NCBI GenBank assembly: GCA_030264375.1
Contig: JASCQW010000099.1
Location: forward strand, 45,237,972-45,301,971
Direction: 5' to 3'
DNA from: Carcharhinus longimanus
Lineage: Eukaryota
Length of the DNA: 64,000 nt
Both the position numbers and the translations under genes were made by a program. The stretch's first letter is position 1; each line of letters begins with the position of its first letter. The notes under the pieces are model-generated. The model worked only from the letters and a program-made list of their open reading frames with translations, had not been told where the DNA came from and made no database searches. Below are positions 37,085 through 50,461 of this stretch, piece by piece.

Positions 37085-37153
37085 TTTCTTCCTTGAATTC
37101 CTTCTGCCTAAACAATGCTGCATTGTTTAGGCAGAAGGAATTTAAGGAAGAAA
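37085..37153. repeat. 69-bp near-perfect palindrome (34-bp arms, 1-nt centre)
   Basis: tttcttccttgaattccttctgcctaaacaatgc-t-gcattgtttaggcagaaggaatttaaggaagaaa; single mismatch G37095/T37143. Confidence 0.95.
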
Positions 37154-38499
37154 ATCATACCCCCAACCCCACATCAAAATACCATCGATCCATGGCAGCG
37201 TGATGTCAGAAAGGTACGAATTACAACTGGCTTCCAAAGGTGCGTACATGGTGAGCACACTTCCAAGTGGATCTCTGAGGTGAGCACAGCGATCATGGAA
37301 CAGCTGTGCATATTAAAGTACTCAGAGATACCAGCTCTGACTGAGGATGCTAGCGTTTGGCTCAGGGATGTCGACTCTGACTGGAGGGGACCAGCTTTTG
37401 ACATGGGGTGCCGGCTTTGATTTGAAGTGACCAGCTTTTGACTGGGGGCAACCAGCCTTTGATACAAGAGAGACTGGGGTAACACTGGAAGGGTTCTGGG
37501 GACAAAATCGGTGGATATTAGAGGCGATAGGGGTAACACTTGAAGTCTTGAAGAACAGAGGCCTAGTCAGGAGAGCCCAGAGGAAAGACTAGAGGGTGTT
37601 GGTGGATAGATTCCAGGGCCTGGGGCCCAGTTGTGGTAGATCGGAGGAAGACTGTTCTGTGAAAAGCGTGCCTTCTGCTGTGGGCCATGGAAGAGCTCAC
37701 AGAAGCAAGGGAAACCTGGAGTCAATGTGGCAGCTGAGCGGGTAGTCATTATCCTCAGATCTGGAGCAGATGTGGAGGCATGCTTCTGGAGACAAGATGT
37801 TGACAAGAGCAAGGCTAATGAAAATTCATATCAGTGAACATTCCTCCTTTGCAGCTAAGACTATTCAACTGTTAAAAAGTGACATGCCTGGAGTCTCACT
37901 GCTCATGCAATTAGGCCCACTTAAGTACCATTTATGTGTGTGAATGCCCCTAGTTGCTGCTCAGGAGTTAACTCTTGGGGCACTGACTGCCAAAATCACT
38001 GACTGCCATGTTGTGTCTGTACTATTGGCTGACTGGGAAAACAAATACATTCCCTTAGACAGTTTTCAATGACACACTACCCAAGGACAGCATTCCTAAC
38101 CCTCCCTGTGTACTGAGATGCATATTGACATGTGCCCCCAAGAACAAGTTGAGTGCAAAGCCTGGGAATGAAGCTTGGGACAATACTTGCACATGGGATG
38201 AGAGCTTACAGTGCAGTAGAGTGACCACATTTGTGGCCACTTGGTCACGTGGTGTGGGGCAAGGGTGGTGTGTGGTCTTTCCCAATGGGCTTGTAAATAA
38301 AGGATTGGGAATCAACGTAGTGGCCAGGACATGAATCAGTGGGCTTTGAAAGGCAGCTTCAGACAATTAATGGGAAAAGGATGGTCCTTTGGAGACAGAA
38401 GCTAACTGTCAAGTCTTTCGTTTTGATACTTTAGTGAGGAAAACTTATGAAACACAGAGCCTGTTTGCACACTGTGCAACTGGAGCTTCTTAAACTTTC

Positions 38500-40030
38500 C
38501 AACCCTGCATCCATGTCTTGGTGCATCCCCAACATCAACAATGGAGGTGGAGGCAGCCTGTTTCCAGCCATGTTCTATTGTCTGTGATGACTTTGGTGAG
38601 CATCCTTTGGAAGGCTGAGACTTGGAGGGCCCCAGACCTAGTTTTTTTGGTCCTGCTGTATGCCTTACTACTCTCCTCAGCCTGTACAGCTGGACTTGAT
38701 GTAGTCACAAGAAGAAGGATTTGAATGGTCAAAACACTCCTGGAGTCACCTGGGTGAATGGCCCCAGGTTGGGCACCAGCTGATCCTGCTCCCTATTGAT
38801 GCCTGAGGGCCCTGGCTTCCTCCTTGGGATAGAGGAGGAGCTGCAGTGAGCTTGAGGAGCTTTGCTGTCCTCTAGTATTGGCACTGATCCCAGCAAGTGC
38901 CTGCACCATGGAGTACATGTCCTGCACCATGGAATGCATGTCCTGCAGCAGTGCAGAATTAAAGTCTTGCAACAATGTCGTCATGATAGCCATCACCTTT
39001 GCTATGATGCTCTTTTTGCATTGGAGTGTTGTCAATCACCTCTGACATAAGACAGATTGAATCCTTCATACAGCTTATCAATCCAAAGAGTACACCAGAG
39101 ACCCCTTTCTGACTTTTCTGAGTTTGCCTTTGGAGTTCCAGCAACTGAGGCATGACTGAGTCCAGAGACTTTGTCATCTGACTGCGAATCCAGGTCTTCA
39201 AAACAATCCGAGTGCCAACACCCTCAGACATCCCTGCTTCCACCTGCTGTAGATCAGACAGTTGAGGTGCTTACCAGATTGTGACCCTGAGCCTCCTCTA
39301 AAACTAGATTCCACTGAGGTGTGTCTCTGTGATGATGGAGGGTGTTGGTGAGCACAGTGATGACACTTCAATGTTGGTCTCTGTGAATTCCTCTTCTGGT
39401 CTCAGGGCTGGAGTTGAGAACTTGGCTGGTGGACTCCGTGGACTGCTTCTCAGATGTATCTGAAAAAATGCAGATGTTATTGCTACATGGTCTGGGTGTT
39501 TTTGAAATGGGAGACTTAACTCACAGCATTGTTGTCTGATGAATGCTGTACTGCAGGAGTCTCACTTGGTTTATCACCACCAACTTCACCATCAGTCAAT
39601 GTCCTCCCTCTGCCATCTGTGATCTCTCCCTCTTCTGTGCCAGCTTCTATTGCATGAAAACAGATAGAGAAAATGTAAGCATGTCAGGACAGATGGTAAG
39701 GATGCCTGAAACGTGTGGATGGTGAGTGGGAGGCGTGACGTGATGAGGATACGGTCACCTGTAAGTGTAAGAACAAGTGATAGCATTCCTTGAACTGGCA
39801 GTCAGTGAGATCCCTGTGGATGTATGATACATGTGTGCATTGAGAGTGATGAGAGTGAGTACCCCTGGCAGAACAGAAGAGATTGTTCATCCTCTTCATT
39901 CACTGGATGGCTGCACTCTTCTGTAGGGCATTAGCACTGACCATTACTGTCATCGCTTTCCATGCTGGGTTTGCGACCTTGCTGGCTGGTTTTCCTACTG
40001 TGCATGGATAGAGGACTGTATGAATCCAGG
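38500..40030 (-). pseudogene. Harbinger Myb/SANT-like accessory gene remnant with introns
   Basis: VLYPCTVGKPASKVANPAWKAMTVMVSANALQKSAAIQ*MKRMNNLFCSAR (cf. W..VA..VSA....R...QC.KR.NDL); next exon KLAQKRERSQ; acceptor ttttttcag at ~39461. Confidence 0.72.
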
Positions 40031-41981
40031 AGCCTCTGTGGGGATGCATTTGAAAATTTGGGGGTGGATTTCTTGGCAGCCAACACTTCCTGATAACAGT
40101 GTTAGCCCTGTTCAAGTATATCTATTTCCCAACTCTGCAGGCTCATATGCATTAACTTTATTTTTTTGGATCCAAATGTTTATTACCATGGAGTCAAAAG
40201 TTGCAGGCTACATCTGCTCACCCTGCTCACTGTTCCCACCCCCCTTTCAAAAAGTGGTGATTGGATTCTGTCTTATCTTGCTGCAGGGTTACAAATTTGA
40301 CCAGGTGGTTCAGCTTTGCATTGGCATTTGGTGCAAAATAGGGCAGACAAATCAAGCATGGAAGGATGTGATTCAATGCACAAAAGTAGTGATTGAACTT
40401 ACGTAAAGGAAACATTATAAAAAAAGGTGAAGACAATAAAGTACAAGTATGCCAAGGAAGGAATAATAGAACTTGAATTGCAGGATAAACAGAGGGAGGA
40501 GACCATTGACAAAAACAAATGCATGAGAAAGGCAATGTTTTAAATAACTGAGAAATTGGAGAGAAGCGTACAGCAATGGGTACATATGATCACTAGTTGG
40601 GAAATTCATGCCGTAAAATGATGGAAGAGAACAAAGAGAACTAAAATTAAATAAATAAAGAGGAGAGACAATTTCATTCCAAATAATTTTAAATATGGGA
40701 CACACAGATGGTTCTCACTGGCATTAATCCAACCTGTTCTGCAGTAACTGTCAATTTTTTAAAATATGCATTTTAGAATTTTTTACTTATGTGAAAGCGC
40801 ATTTTGAAACTACTGCAATTTTTGTAGTTAGGAAATTTTAGTTACTAAGCAATATTTTTCTAACAAAAAACTGTTTTATGTATTACCTTGTGTATCAAAA
40901 GTAGGGAATGTAAATGTTTCCCCAGTTCACTACCTGTGTTCTTGTAAATGATATTACCATTTTGCTTATGCCTGAATGTGCTTTCCTTCCCTGTACTGTA
41001 TAATGCTTACTTTAATAGTGAGCTATTGGTAATTTTCTAAGCATTGTCCCCTTTTCACCCATCTCCAATACCTCTTGAATCACTGGGAAAAATTTTGTTT
41101 GGAGCGGGGAAAGCACTTAATCAGCCAGATGGGAGCACACCTCCATTTTTCCACCTCCATCCAGATTTAGTCCAGGACATGAAGGTACACAGTCAACCTT
41201 CCTTCCTGCCACCAAATGGGGACCTTAAATGGGCAATTAGTGACCATTTAAGGGCCTCATATTGGGTATTAAACCAACAGTGAGTGGATTCATCAATATG
41301 AAGCGTGAATGACAGGTGAACTTGTGCGGGCTTATGAATCTGACATCAGAAAGGAAGGCCTTCTGAGAGCTACATCCCTACCCCAGCTGCCAATGTCCCC
41401 TACACCCACAAGCCCATCCCATGGAATTCCTCCTGCTATTATATACTTGTGGCCTGGGTAGCCCTGCAATTCTGGGCTTTCAGTGGGTGTCCTTCCTGCA
41501 GCAGCTACGGTCTCATTTGTAGCTCAGCTGAGCACAGAGCTATAGGTCTCTGATTGCTCAGCAGCTCTCAGTAGGACAGAACTCTGCCCCAGGCACCTTG
41601 ATTCCTGGGAAAAGTCCACTTCCTGTCTCCAACTACTTGATTGGCTTGTGATTCAGTAAGTTTTCCCTAGAGGAAGCAACTTAATTATTATTTGTATCAG
41701 TGCATTTATTTCTCAGAATGGCTTTACTTATACTTCCTTGCTGACTTGTTTGCCTATCCTGCATTACACATTTTTCTCATTAGATTTTAAATGTTGAAGC
41801 TATTCATGCAGTTAGTGCTATAGGGATCTGACATGGATATCTAACGTGTTCAAAATAACCATTGTATTGGGTAGTACCTAGCTTCACTCTAGAGAGAGCA
41901 GCAAACAATAATAATTGCTTAAGGAACAATATATTGGGTAAAATATGGTACCTTTAAAGCACAGCAATGCTAAAGACTGAA

Positions 41982-42070
41982 ATGGAGATGCCAGTATTGG
42001 ACTGAGGTGGACACAGTAGGAAGCCTCACCACACCAGGTTCAACAGGTTATTTGGAATCATGAGCCTTCT
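41982..42070 (-). mobile_element. Penelope-like terminal repeat fragment (family of 57177-57382)
   Basis: tggagatgccagtattggactgaggtggacacagtaggaagcctcaccacaccaggttcaacagg aligns with 57180-57260. Confidence 0.7.
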
Positions 42071-42660
42071 AAACAATGTATAGTGAATGGACATGCAAGT
42101 GTCATAGCTTGGCATGGGCCATGAAGTGGAATGGGTGGAGCATGGAGTGGAATGGATGAGGCATAGGGAATGTATGGCTTGTGGATAGGAGGGAGGATGG
42201 GGAGATGCACCCTGATGCTTGTGAAGTGAATTGTCACAGTGCTGCAGTTGAGGGGATGGGGGGAGGTGGGGTGCAGCAAAGCTTGCGGGGTAGTGCATGC
42301 TCTGATCCTTTTGGGGTGTGATACTTATGCAGGGACCTGGGGTTGGAAATTTATTTCTATCGCTAATTGGGTGCCCTTTCAAGATGGCACCCCTATTTCT
42401 GTGGAGTTGCTGTTGCCGACTCCATCTGGCCCCACTCCAACAGAATGACAAACCATGCCCCGTATTTTGTTTGCACGGAGTGCACTAAAATGTGGAGGGA
42501 AAACACGACTGTGCAGCTGCAGAGTTGCAAGCCAGTTTTCTCACCTCAGCCATCACTGATGGGAAAATCTCTTTCTTTGACTTTCATTCAACCAACTATC
42601 TAATTTATCTTAAATGTTGCTGCGTCTCTGCTTTTCTAATTCTGGTAATGTTTTCCACGG

Positions 42661-42722
42661 CTTCACAGTAACTTCATTGCAGTGTTAATGTAAGCCTTAT
42701 TTGTGACTAATAAATAAACTTT
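42661..42722 (+). mobile_element. 5'-truncated V-SINE tail (type B)
   Basis: ttcacagtaacttcattgcagtgttaatgtaagccttatttgtgactaataaataaac matches 27387-27445. Confidence 0.85.
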
Positions 42723-45700
42723 ATGTTGGATCTAAAAGGGTTCTTCCATTCATGGTGTAAAATCTTTTACATTTAATCTTTTTTTTTTGTCTTATTTCAG
42801 GTAATTTAGGTAGCACCCTGTTTCTATTTGCTCTTCCCTACCCCTTTCTAATTTTACTTTATCATTTCAAACTCTTCTATCAAATCACACCTCATCTCAT
42901 TTGTTGTGACAAAATCAATTTTTTTCAAGGAAAGCTCTCTCCATCTGAGGAGCTGGCAGTGCTCCTTCTCTTCCTGTTGTAATTTTTATGATTCTAATAA
43001 TTGTCATTTTGAAGAAAGCTTTCCTTATGTCCAATGGTACATTTATGAAGTCAAATATTCATGAATTGATGTTGTAAATCTATACGTAATCCGGTTGATT
43101 ATGCTTGGTTGTAGCCTTCCATAGGAAGGGTATTGATATTATTTAAGGTATTGAATTTCTTGTTGAAGGATCTGTCTTGCAAATGGCTGCTTTTTTTTAA
43201 GGTGCAGCAACATTTAGGAAAGGTGAAAGGCAAAGCTTATAAAGTAATTAACTATTGTTGGAACTTTTGGAATCTATCATAATTTGCTATCTTATTGTAT
43301 GGTAAAATTTCTATCCGTTAGCTCACTGTAATGGTGGGCTTGCATGAATTCATTCAAGTTTGATTTCTGCAAAAAGTCACTTCGGACAATGTTCTCGTGT
43401 TCCTTTTGGTTTTCCTCAGCTTTTGATTCATGCATGGGTCAATTTTGTCTGTGGTGTAAGTACTGTTCATAATGTAATTTTTCTGAAAAATGGGTTTTTA
43501 ACTTATTTAATTTACGAATTGTGGAGATTAAAATTGAACAGTTTCCAAATAACTATCAATTTCCATATTTAATCCCATAAGTGCTGCTTATCCAAAAGAC
43601 ATTAAAAATGTTTTTTTTTTAATTTGCTTAGTTCAAAGCATTTTTACATAATTCTACTTACACTGGGAAGTATCTAAATTAGAAATATGTGCATAAAGCA
43701 GAGATGATTTACATATCTTATTTCTTCACTCCACAGATAAAATCTAACAATTATTAATTTAGAAGACTTTTGTTTTACTTTCCCCATTGTTGCTAATAGT
43801 GACAGCCTTTGCAGACCTTTTGTGACTCTGGGTCCCACAATAGATGGTTTAGGGTCCTTCGCATTGCAGAACTTATTATTGTCCAGCTTCTACAGTTAGG
43901 ATCAATTTCATCTAATTTATTGCTGGCTGCAATATGGGGTAAATACCCTCTGTTCCTGGCATCACTAGCAAAGCGTCTGAGAAAGAGAGGAAAACCCTTG
44001 TTAAAAACATTAGGCTGAATGTTAGAAGCGTCATGACTGCAAATGTCCAGGCAAACTGCACTGACAGATCACAAATCCAGACAGTTATTCATTTGCTTGT
44101 GTTTTATCATTTTTCTAATTCTATATGTTCTTCCCACTGGTGTTTTAAGCCAATCTGAAGTGGTCTGCGTAAGTTAGTCAGAGGTTTCATTTATAAGTTA
44201 TAATTTATTTAATATAAGCATTGTATGAAAATCATTTTGGATGAGATTCCACCCATCTCTAGTGAGCCTAAAGAAGGCTTTGCGCATGGTGGAATTTTTA
44301 AAGAATGGAACTTTCCAATTTGCAACTTTACATAACAATTTGGTAGGTCTTAAAATTTTTATTCAAAATAATTTCCTTTCTTATTCTCTTTTGAAGAAAA
44401 TTACCCTGAATTTTCATCCTTGAGGTGGATAGCGGGAGTTGGAAAAATTACAGCCCTGGGAGGAAGTGGGATTTTCTTTGTGAGGGCAGGTGATGTCTAA
44501 ACTTGGGCCAGCTAACCACAGAGAAAGTTTGGAAGCAGCCATAGAGGCTGTAGGGCACAAGGTGGGCTGTTTACAAGATCCACCTTGGTGCTGTAGGACT
44601 ATGTCACAGTTAAAATAAGAACAGAAGGGCCCTCTAGCCTTCATCGTCATCGCTCATCCACCTGCCAGACACTCCCCATACCCCATCCATTCTACCTCAT
44701 GCCCCATGCCAAGCTATGACACTTCATACCCATTCACTACACATTATGTAGAAACAATGAATCCTATAGTGACTGTAGAATGTGTAAATAAATCCTTTTA
44801 AAAACATAACTTATTGACAACTTGCAGTTTTCTTTAAAAGCAACCCCCCTTTACTAGAGGGCAGTAAAATGTCAATCACCCAGATGCTTTAAGTTTTAAT
44901 AACTGAAACTGCAGGCATTTGAAATCACTTAACATTGAGTAATTAGCAATTGTGTCATTGACAGATGCAGAGTTCTCCATCAAGCAAGTTTCAACTTTTG
45001 AACCTTTAAAGGGTCTGGATGATTGACACTTCTGTTGCATTATATTTAAAATGAGTTTTTTAAGTAAAATGAAAGTTCCCCAATGAATGATTGACTTTCT
45101 TAAGGCTTTTGTTTACTCATCCTCCTATGTCACTATTGGATTTATTGGTTCTATACAATGTATGATCAATGAATTGTCATGGAAATGCTGGAATTTGGCA
45201 CGGAGGGCTTGAGGGACCAAAGATGTTTGGTGGACCTTACCTTGACACTAGGGTCATGAGGGGCCAGAAGGGTTGTTTGCAGAAATACCTTCGTATTGGT
45301 GGTGGTGAGGTGAGTGGGATGGTGGGGGGGGAGTGGGTGGCATAGGGTATGGCAAGGATCTTTCGAACTTGCATTTTAAAAGACCCCCTTATGCAGACTA
45401 TTGTTCACAACTCTTCTGAGGTAGCATGAACCATAACTTATAAAAAATCTGACCCACTTCCATGAAACATGGAGAGGACAAGCATATGCATATCCCCACA
45501 ATGCATAGCCAGGTCAGGAGTGCAGGAGTGTGAAGCTGGAAGTGAATTCATGATTGGCATGTGTGAAAGGTAATCACTTTTTCATTATTGTCTCCTAACC
45601 TCAAAGGTAAGGACATTTTGGAAAGGGACAGAAAGAGTTCAACAGTTAAAATATCCCCCACTATTTCTTCAGTCCAGGTCTATGTTTCACTGGAAAGAAA

Positions 45701-46478
45701 ATCTGCCCATTAGTAGGAATCAGAATGAAACAACATTGATAGAATAGAAGGATTATTTAACAATTCCCAATTTTGACTTCATTGCATCTTGATTTTGAAT
45801 TGGACCTGTGGAGTACTTACTAAGTTGCTGCACAGGAACAACATTTAAGGCAACTCGCCATTGGTCACTTGATGGGACCAGATGCCTGTTTTACAATTTC
45901 CCCAATATTATTCTTCATTAACTTGATGGAGAGTAAAATGATGTGGCATCTGAAACCAAACTTTCCTCAACCCTGTGTTTTTCCTATCCGGCCACTTTGG
46001 TTCCAAATTGCTAAAACAATATGGCGATCTCTTCCATCCAGGGATGTCTTTTCATGCCCTAGGTATGGTTGCCCGTGTACTGAGTCTCTCAAAATAATTT
46101 TCTTTTCGTTAAGGGCAGTTTAAAGTCAATGTTTGTGGCTGCACAACAAATGACTCATATCAATCAAACTGCATGTCCTAATAACCATCAATAGAGTGAC
46201 ATTTATCACCACTCCTTGGGCTTCCAGTGAAAAAATATATTGAATTTTCCCTGAACAGAATCAATGGGTTCTATATTTTCAGCTTGATCAATTACTATGC
46301 CTGTTAATAATCCTTCCTCACTTCCCCAGCACCTTAAGGCCACATTGTATTACCTCCTAAATAGTACAGGGCACATAGGTAGAAAGGACATTTTTTTTGC
46401 ACCGATGTTTAACAGTTATTCTCATTGAAGCTGCACTCTGCCTCTTCTGATGACTGTAAGGTAAAGGATTTGGCCATC

Positions 46479-46668
46479 AGCCAGAATTCTCCAGTTGTTC
46501 ACACCACAGGATTCTCCCACTGGCAGCACACCTCTGCCCATGGGTTTCTCGCTGGCATGGGGTGACTTCAATAGAAATTTCCACTGACGGCAGCAGGACT
46601 GGAGAATTCAACTGTGAGCAAACAATGCTGGTGGAAACACACGATTGGGCGGCCGAAGAATCTCATCC
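46479..46668. mobile_element. ~190-bp MITE
   Basis: agccagaattctcc ... gaagaatctcatcc termini with internal attctcc/ggagaat repeats. Confidence 0.55.
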
Positions 46669-47829
46669 ATGATCTATGAAATTAGCTACACGTAATATAT
46701 ATTGGTGCAGGTTAGAGGCACATACTCATGTGCAGTGATATATGGATGCATTGATATGTGATCTATCTATCAAGTTTCACTCATTTGGAGTGGCAGAAAA
46801 TCCAGTGAAATGAAGGGCTCAGCTGAGTTTTTAAAATTAGTTTATTTTGATCTACTTCACAATTGACAATAATCAAAGATTCATTTCTTTAAATGGGTTT
46901 TCAACCTTTCATTCTTTTTGATTGCTTTGCAACTTCTAACGCCACTGTGATTTTGATAGCTGTAATTATTTACAATTTTCCATATCCTTATTCTGGTTCG
47001 AGAGCATTGAGGCATGAATGTAGTTGCAGATATAACAATCAAAAATATAAGGCACATTTTTCCTGTAGGTTTTGGAATGCCGCACGTATGGTCAATGCGG
47101 ATGTCTCAGTGGGGTACGGTCCCCCAAATGAATTTTCCAATTAGTGAGCAGAAAGTGAACTCATGGTGGACTGACTCTCAAGAGAGCCAATAGGAGGTCC
47201 TCCAACACAGAAGTTGCAGACTGTCCTTTTATAAATTGGGGAAAGGGTGTAAAGGTGAGGGTGCCTTTTCTCCAGCATCTTTAATCTGAACTTAAAACGG
47301 TGGTTTCAGTATCCAGATGACCATTATGGAGAGGGAGCCCCCTGCATTGTGCCCTGTGGCTGCAGCAAAAGCCAGGTGGGCAGGGAGGACCTCTAACCCT
47401 GTCTGGAGCATTGTCTCACCCCATTTTGTCACAGGGAGCCTTTTTAAGTCAGCCAGGTACACTGTTCCGTGATGCCTCGGAATTTGGGGAGTGACTAGAA
47501 TTTTCCATCCCCAGTTCTGACAATAGGCCCTAACAGGCCTTTAATGAGGTTAGTTTATTATTCATCACTTGCAGGCTGGTAGCCCTGTTCTCCTCCACCA
47601 TCTGCATCTTGGAAAATGGCATTGGGAGAGGGGCAGGTGGGTGGAGCTAGGGGAGCAAAATGAAGGCTGGTAATGTGAACTTACGTGTCCACCCAGTTCC
47701 ATGCCTGTTCCCATCAAGGCCTAATAATTAAGCCCATGTAAGAAGAATCAGTAAGTTGTGAGATTGGTCTAATTATGTGGTGCAGCAACCTGGGCAATGT
47801 CAAGAAGAGAAAAGCAACAAGATAATAAT

Positions 47830-48100
47830 AAGTATCTATCACACCATGGGATCAGTGAAGATTGTGGAAATGATGTAGAAAGGAGCTGAGAAGAGCTTGA
47901 AATGGTATACTGATCTACTGCGAAGAAAGAGACGAAATGTAGTAAGGTGAGTAATGGAGATGGGTCTGCCAGGATGACGAGGAAGGCCTAAAATCAGAAA
48001 GAAAGATAAAGCGGCGAGAGACTCAGACATGATGAGATTGGGAGAGGAATAGATGACTTACAAGAGGAGATGGCAAAGAGTCATGAGCCAGTATTATGAT
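47830..48100 (+). mobile_element. RTE-clade LINE C-terminal remnant
   Basis: KSLKWYTDLLRRKRRNVVR*VMEMGLPG*RGRPKIR (cf. RLRWxGHVxRR...MEMELPGxRxRGRPK). Confidence 0.75.
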
Positions 48101-48656
48101 GACCTCAAGTAAAATGGACAAATTCAAAAAAAGAAAAAGAAGTTCTATAAACATGTTTTTTTTAAAAAAATCATCACATCAATTGCAACAAAGGCAAAAC
48201 AAGAAAAACTTCAATTTTTATCAAGCTCCAGGTGAAAAATCAACTCCAGTGAGCAGGGAGGGTAATATAATCATAAAGATCATTCAGGTAAGTACAGATG
48301 AAGGAAGCTGTTAATTACATTCTGTTCAACCTTCAAATGTGAGCAACATTTGTCAGTGCCAGTAATTGAAGGGTGAAGAATCCTTAGAGGAAATTATCAT
48401 TTAAGTCTCAGTTTTTTGCAGGACCTTAGACCATAGGAGTAACTTACCACTGAACCTGATTTTAAACTCGTAACTCTTACTTATTACTTCCTTTGGATAT
48501 TTAAACTCATTGGATTTCTGGTCAGGAACGATACAAATCACTTCATACACATACTGGCAATTGAGATCAGTGGAAATCTGAGAATAGGCTTTTGTCACCT
48601 CGCAGTAATTTCTAGTTCAGATTTAGAAATTTACTTTCAGTTTGATCATTCATAAC

Positions 48657-49042
48657 TGAGGTAATGGCCGGATGATATTATTGCTGGACGATTAATCCAG
48701 AAATTCAATTAATGTTCCAGAGAGCTGCGTTCGAATCCAGCCATGGCAGATGGTGGAATTTGAATTCAATAAAAATATCTGGAATTAAGAATCTATTGAT
48801 GATCATGAAATCTTTGTCAATTGTTGGGAAAACCCATTTGGTTCATGAATTTCTTTTAAGGAGGGAAATCTGCTGTCCTTATTTAGTCTGGCCTATGTGT
48901 GACTCCAGAGCCATAGCAATGTGGTTGACTCTCAAGTGCCCTCTGAAATGGCCAAGCAAGACACTCAATTCAAGGGCAGCTAGGGTTAGTCAATTAATGC
49001 TGGCCAGCCAGTGACGTCCATGTCCCATGAATGAATAAAAAA
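48657..49042 (+). mobile_element. Near full-length tRNA-derived SINE with LINE-derived tail
   Basis: B box gttcgaatcc (~48729); 3' end aatgctggccagccagtgacgtccatgtcccatgaatgaataaaaaa matches the tail of the LINE at 34037. Confidence 0.85.
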
Positions 49043-49129
49043 TATTCACTCACAAATAAAGTACAGAAGTAGGAATACGATGGAACTATTGAAGATTGAC
49101 AAGAAAGCAGATGGAAAAAATAAAATATA

Positions 49130-49245
49130 CAAGTAATATTTTTAAAACGTTGGTCATAGCAAATGGCATTTCTTCAGAGTAAAATCATGTTCAAGTTGCA
49201 TGAAATTTTCTGAGACCACACTTATAGTACAGTGTGCAGTTATGG
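49130..49245 (+). mobile_element. Decayed CR1 fragment
   Basis: LRPHL*YSVQLW (cf. VRPHLEYCVQFW). Confidence 0.55.
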
Positions 49246-50210
49246 GGCTGAATGTTTTTGTCACGTGATGGAGGTGGGATTGGGGTTTGGAATGGCAAAA
49301 GCCTAGGGACAGTTTGTAGTTCCTGAAGCAGTTACCTCCAGTCAGGTAATTTCTTGACTATCTGGAGCTGCTTTGGTAAAAACAAGCAAAGATTGCAAAT
49401 GTTTGGTCTACGGAAGAAGGGACAGGCAGTGCATAGAGCCGGGCCCATCCGATCACAGAGGCAGATGCTAGGTATGTGCGTGAGTGGTGAGGCAGGCTGG
49501 TTAGAAGGCCCTCTTTAGTTCCCTGGAACTTTGCCTCAATTGTTTTAGAATATTTTAGGCCTTCTAGCCGCACTGCCGCATACCCCTGTCCATTCCCCTT
49601 TGCCCTTACATCTCCATGCAAACTCAATGCCAACTAATGGCACCTTAGATTCTCTATGCCAACACAGTCCTACTCATACTCTCCACCCACCCCCCCATTG
49701 CATCTCAAACCATTCATGTCAACTATTTGCAACTTATGAATTTGGTTCCTATATCCTTTTTTAAAAGTCTACAGAAATTTGATCCCTATGTCTTGACTTT
49801 GGCTTAGTCTTGGAATTAACTTGATAATTTTTACTTAATTATTGCTGAACCTTGACTTTTATTTAATTAACATTTCACAACTGTCCCATACTTTGGGATA
49901 ATTAGACAGGGAAAGGGACTGTGCAATATTTATATGATGTTCAATCCCTCCACCATTTTTATCCACCTGGATTCATGTTCAGAAAGATGGCCCACTCAAA
50001 GGATTGAGAGTCTAACTTAATTGTAAGTTTTGTATCTGAATGGGCCTGAACACCCTTCCTTCCTCTATAGCAATTTTTATTTCTATGCATCAACAATGAA
50101 AAGCATCTCATTGGCTTCAGGCAGGAATACGGTCCAGAAAGTCCCTCCATCATAATGAAATTGGCAGACAAGCCCAGAAATCCTAAACCTTGCCCCCACT
50201 CCCAACCTAA

Positions 50211-50461
50211 ATAAGAACATAAGAACATAAGAACATAAGAAATAGGAGCAGGAGTAGGCCATCTGGCCCTTCGAGCCTGCCCCGCCNNNNNNNNNNNNNN
50301 NNNNNNNNNNNNNNNNNNNNNNNNNNNNNNNNNNNNNNNNNNNNNNNNNNNNNNNNNNNNNNNNNNNNNNNNNNNNNNNNNNNNNNTTAGCGAGGCAGCC
50401 TCCACCACCTCAACGGGCAGAGAATTCCATAGATTCACCACCCTTTGAGTGAAGAAGTTCC
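50211..50461 (-). mobile_element. Young CR1 3' fragment (gap inside)
   Basis: RVVNLWNSLPVEVVEAASL; (cataagaa)n tail. Confidence 0.93.
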
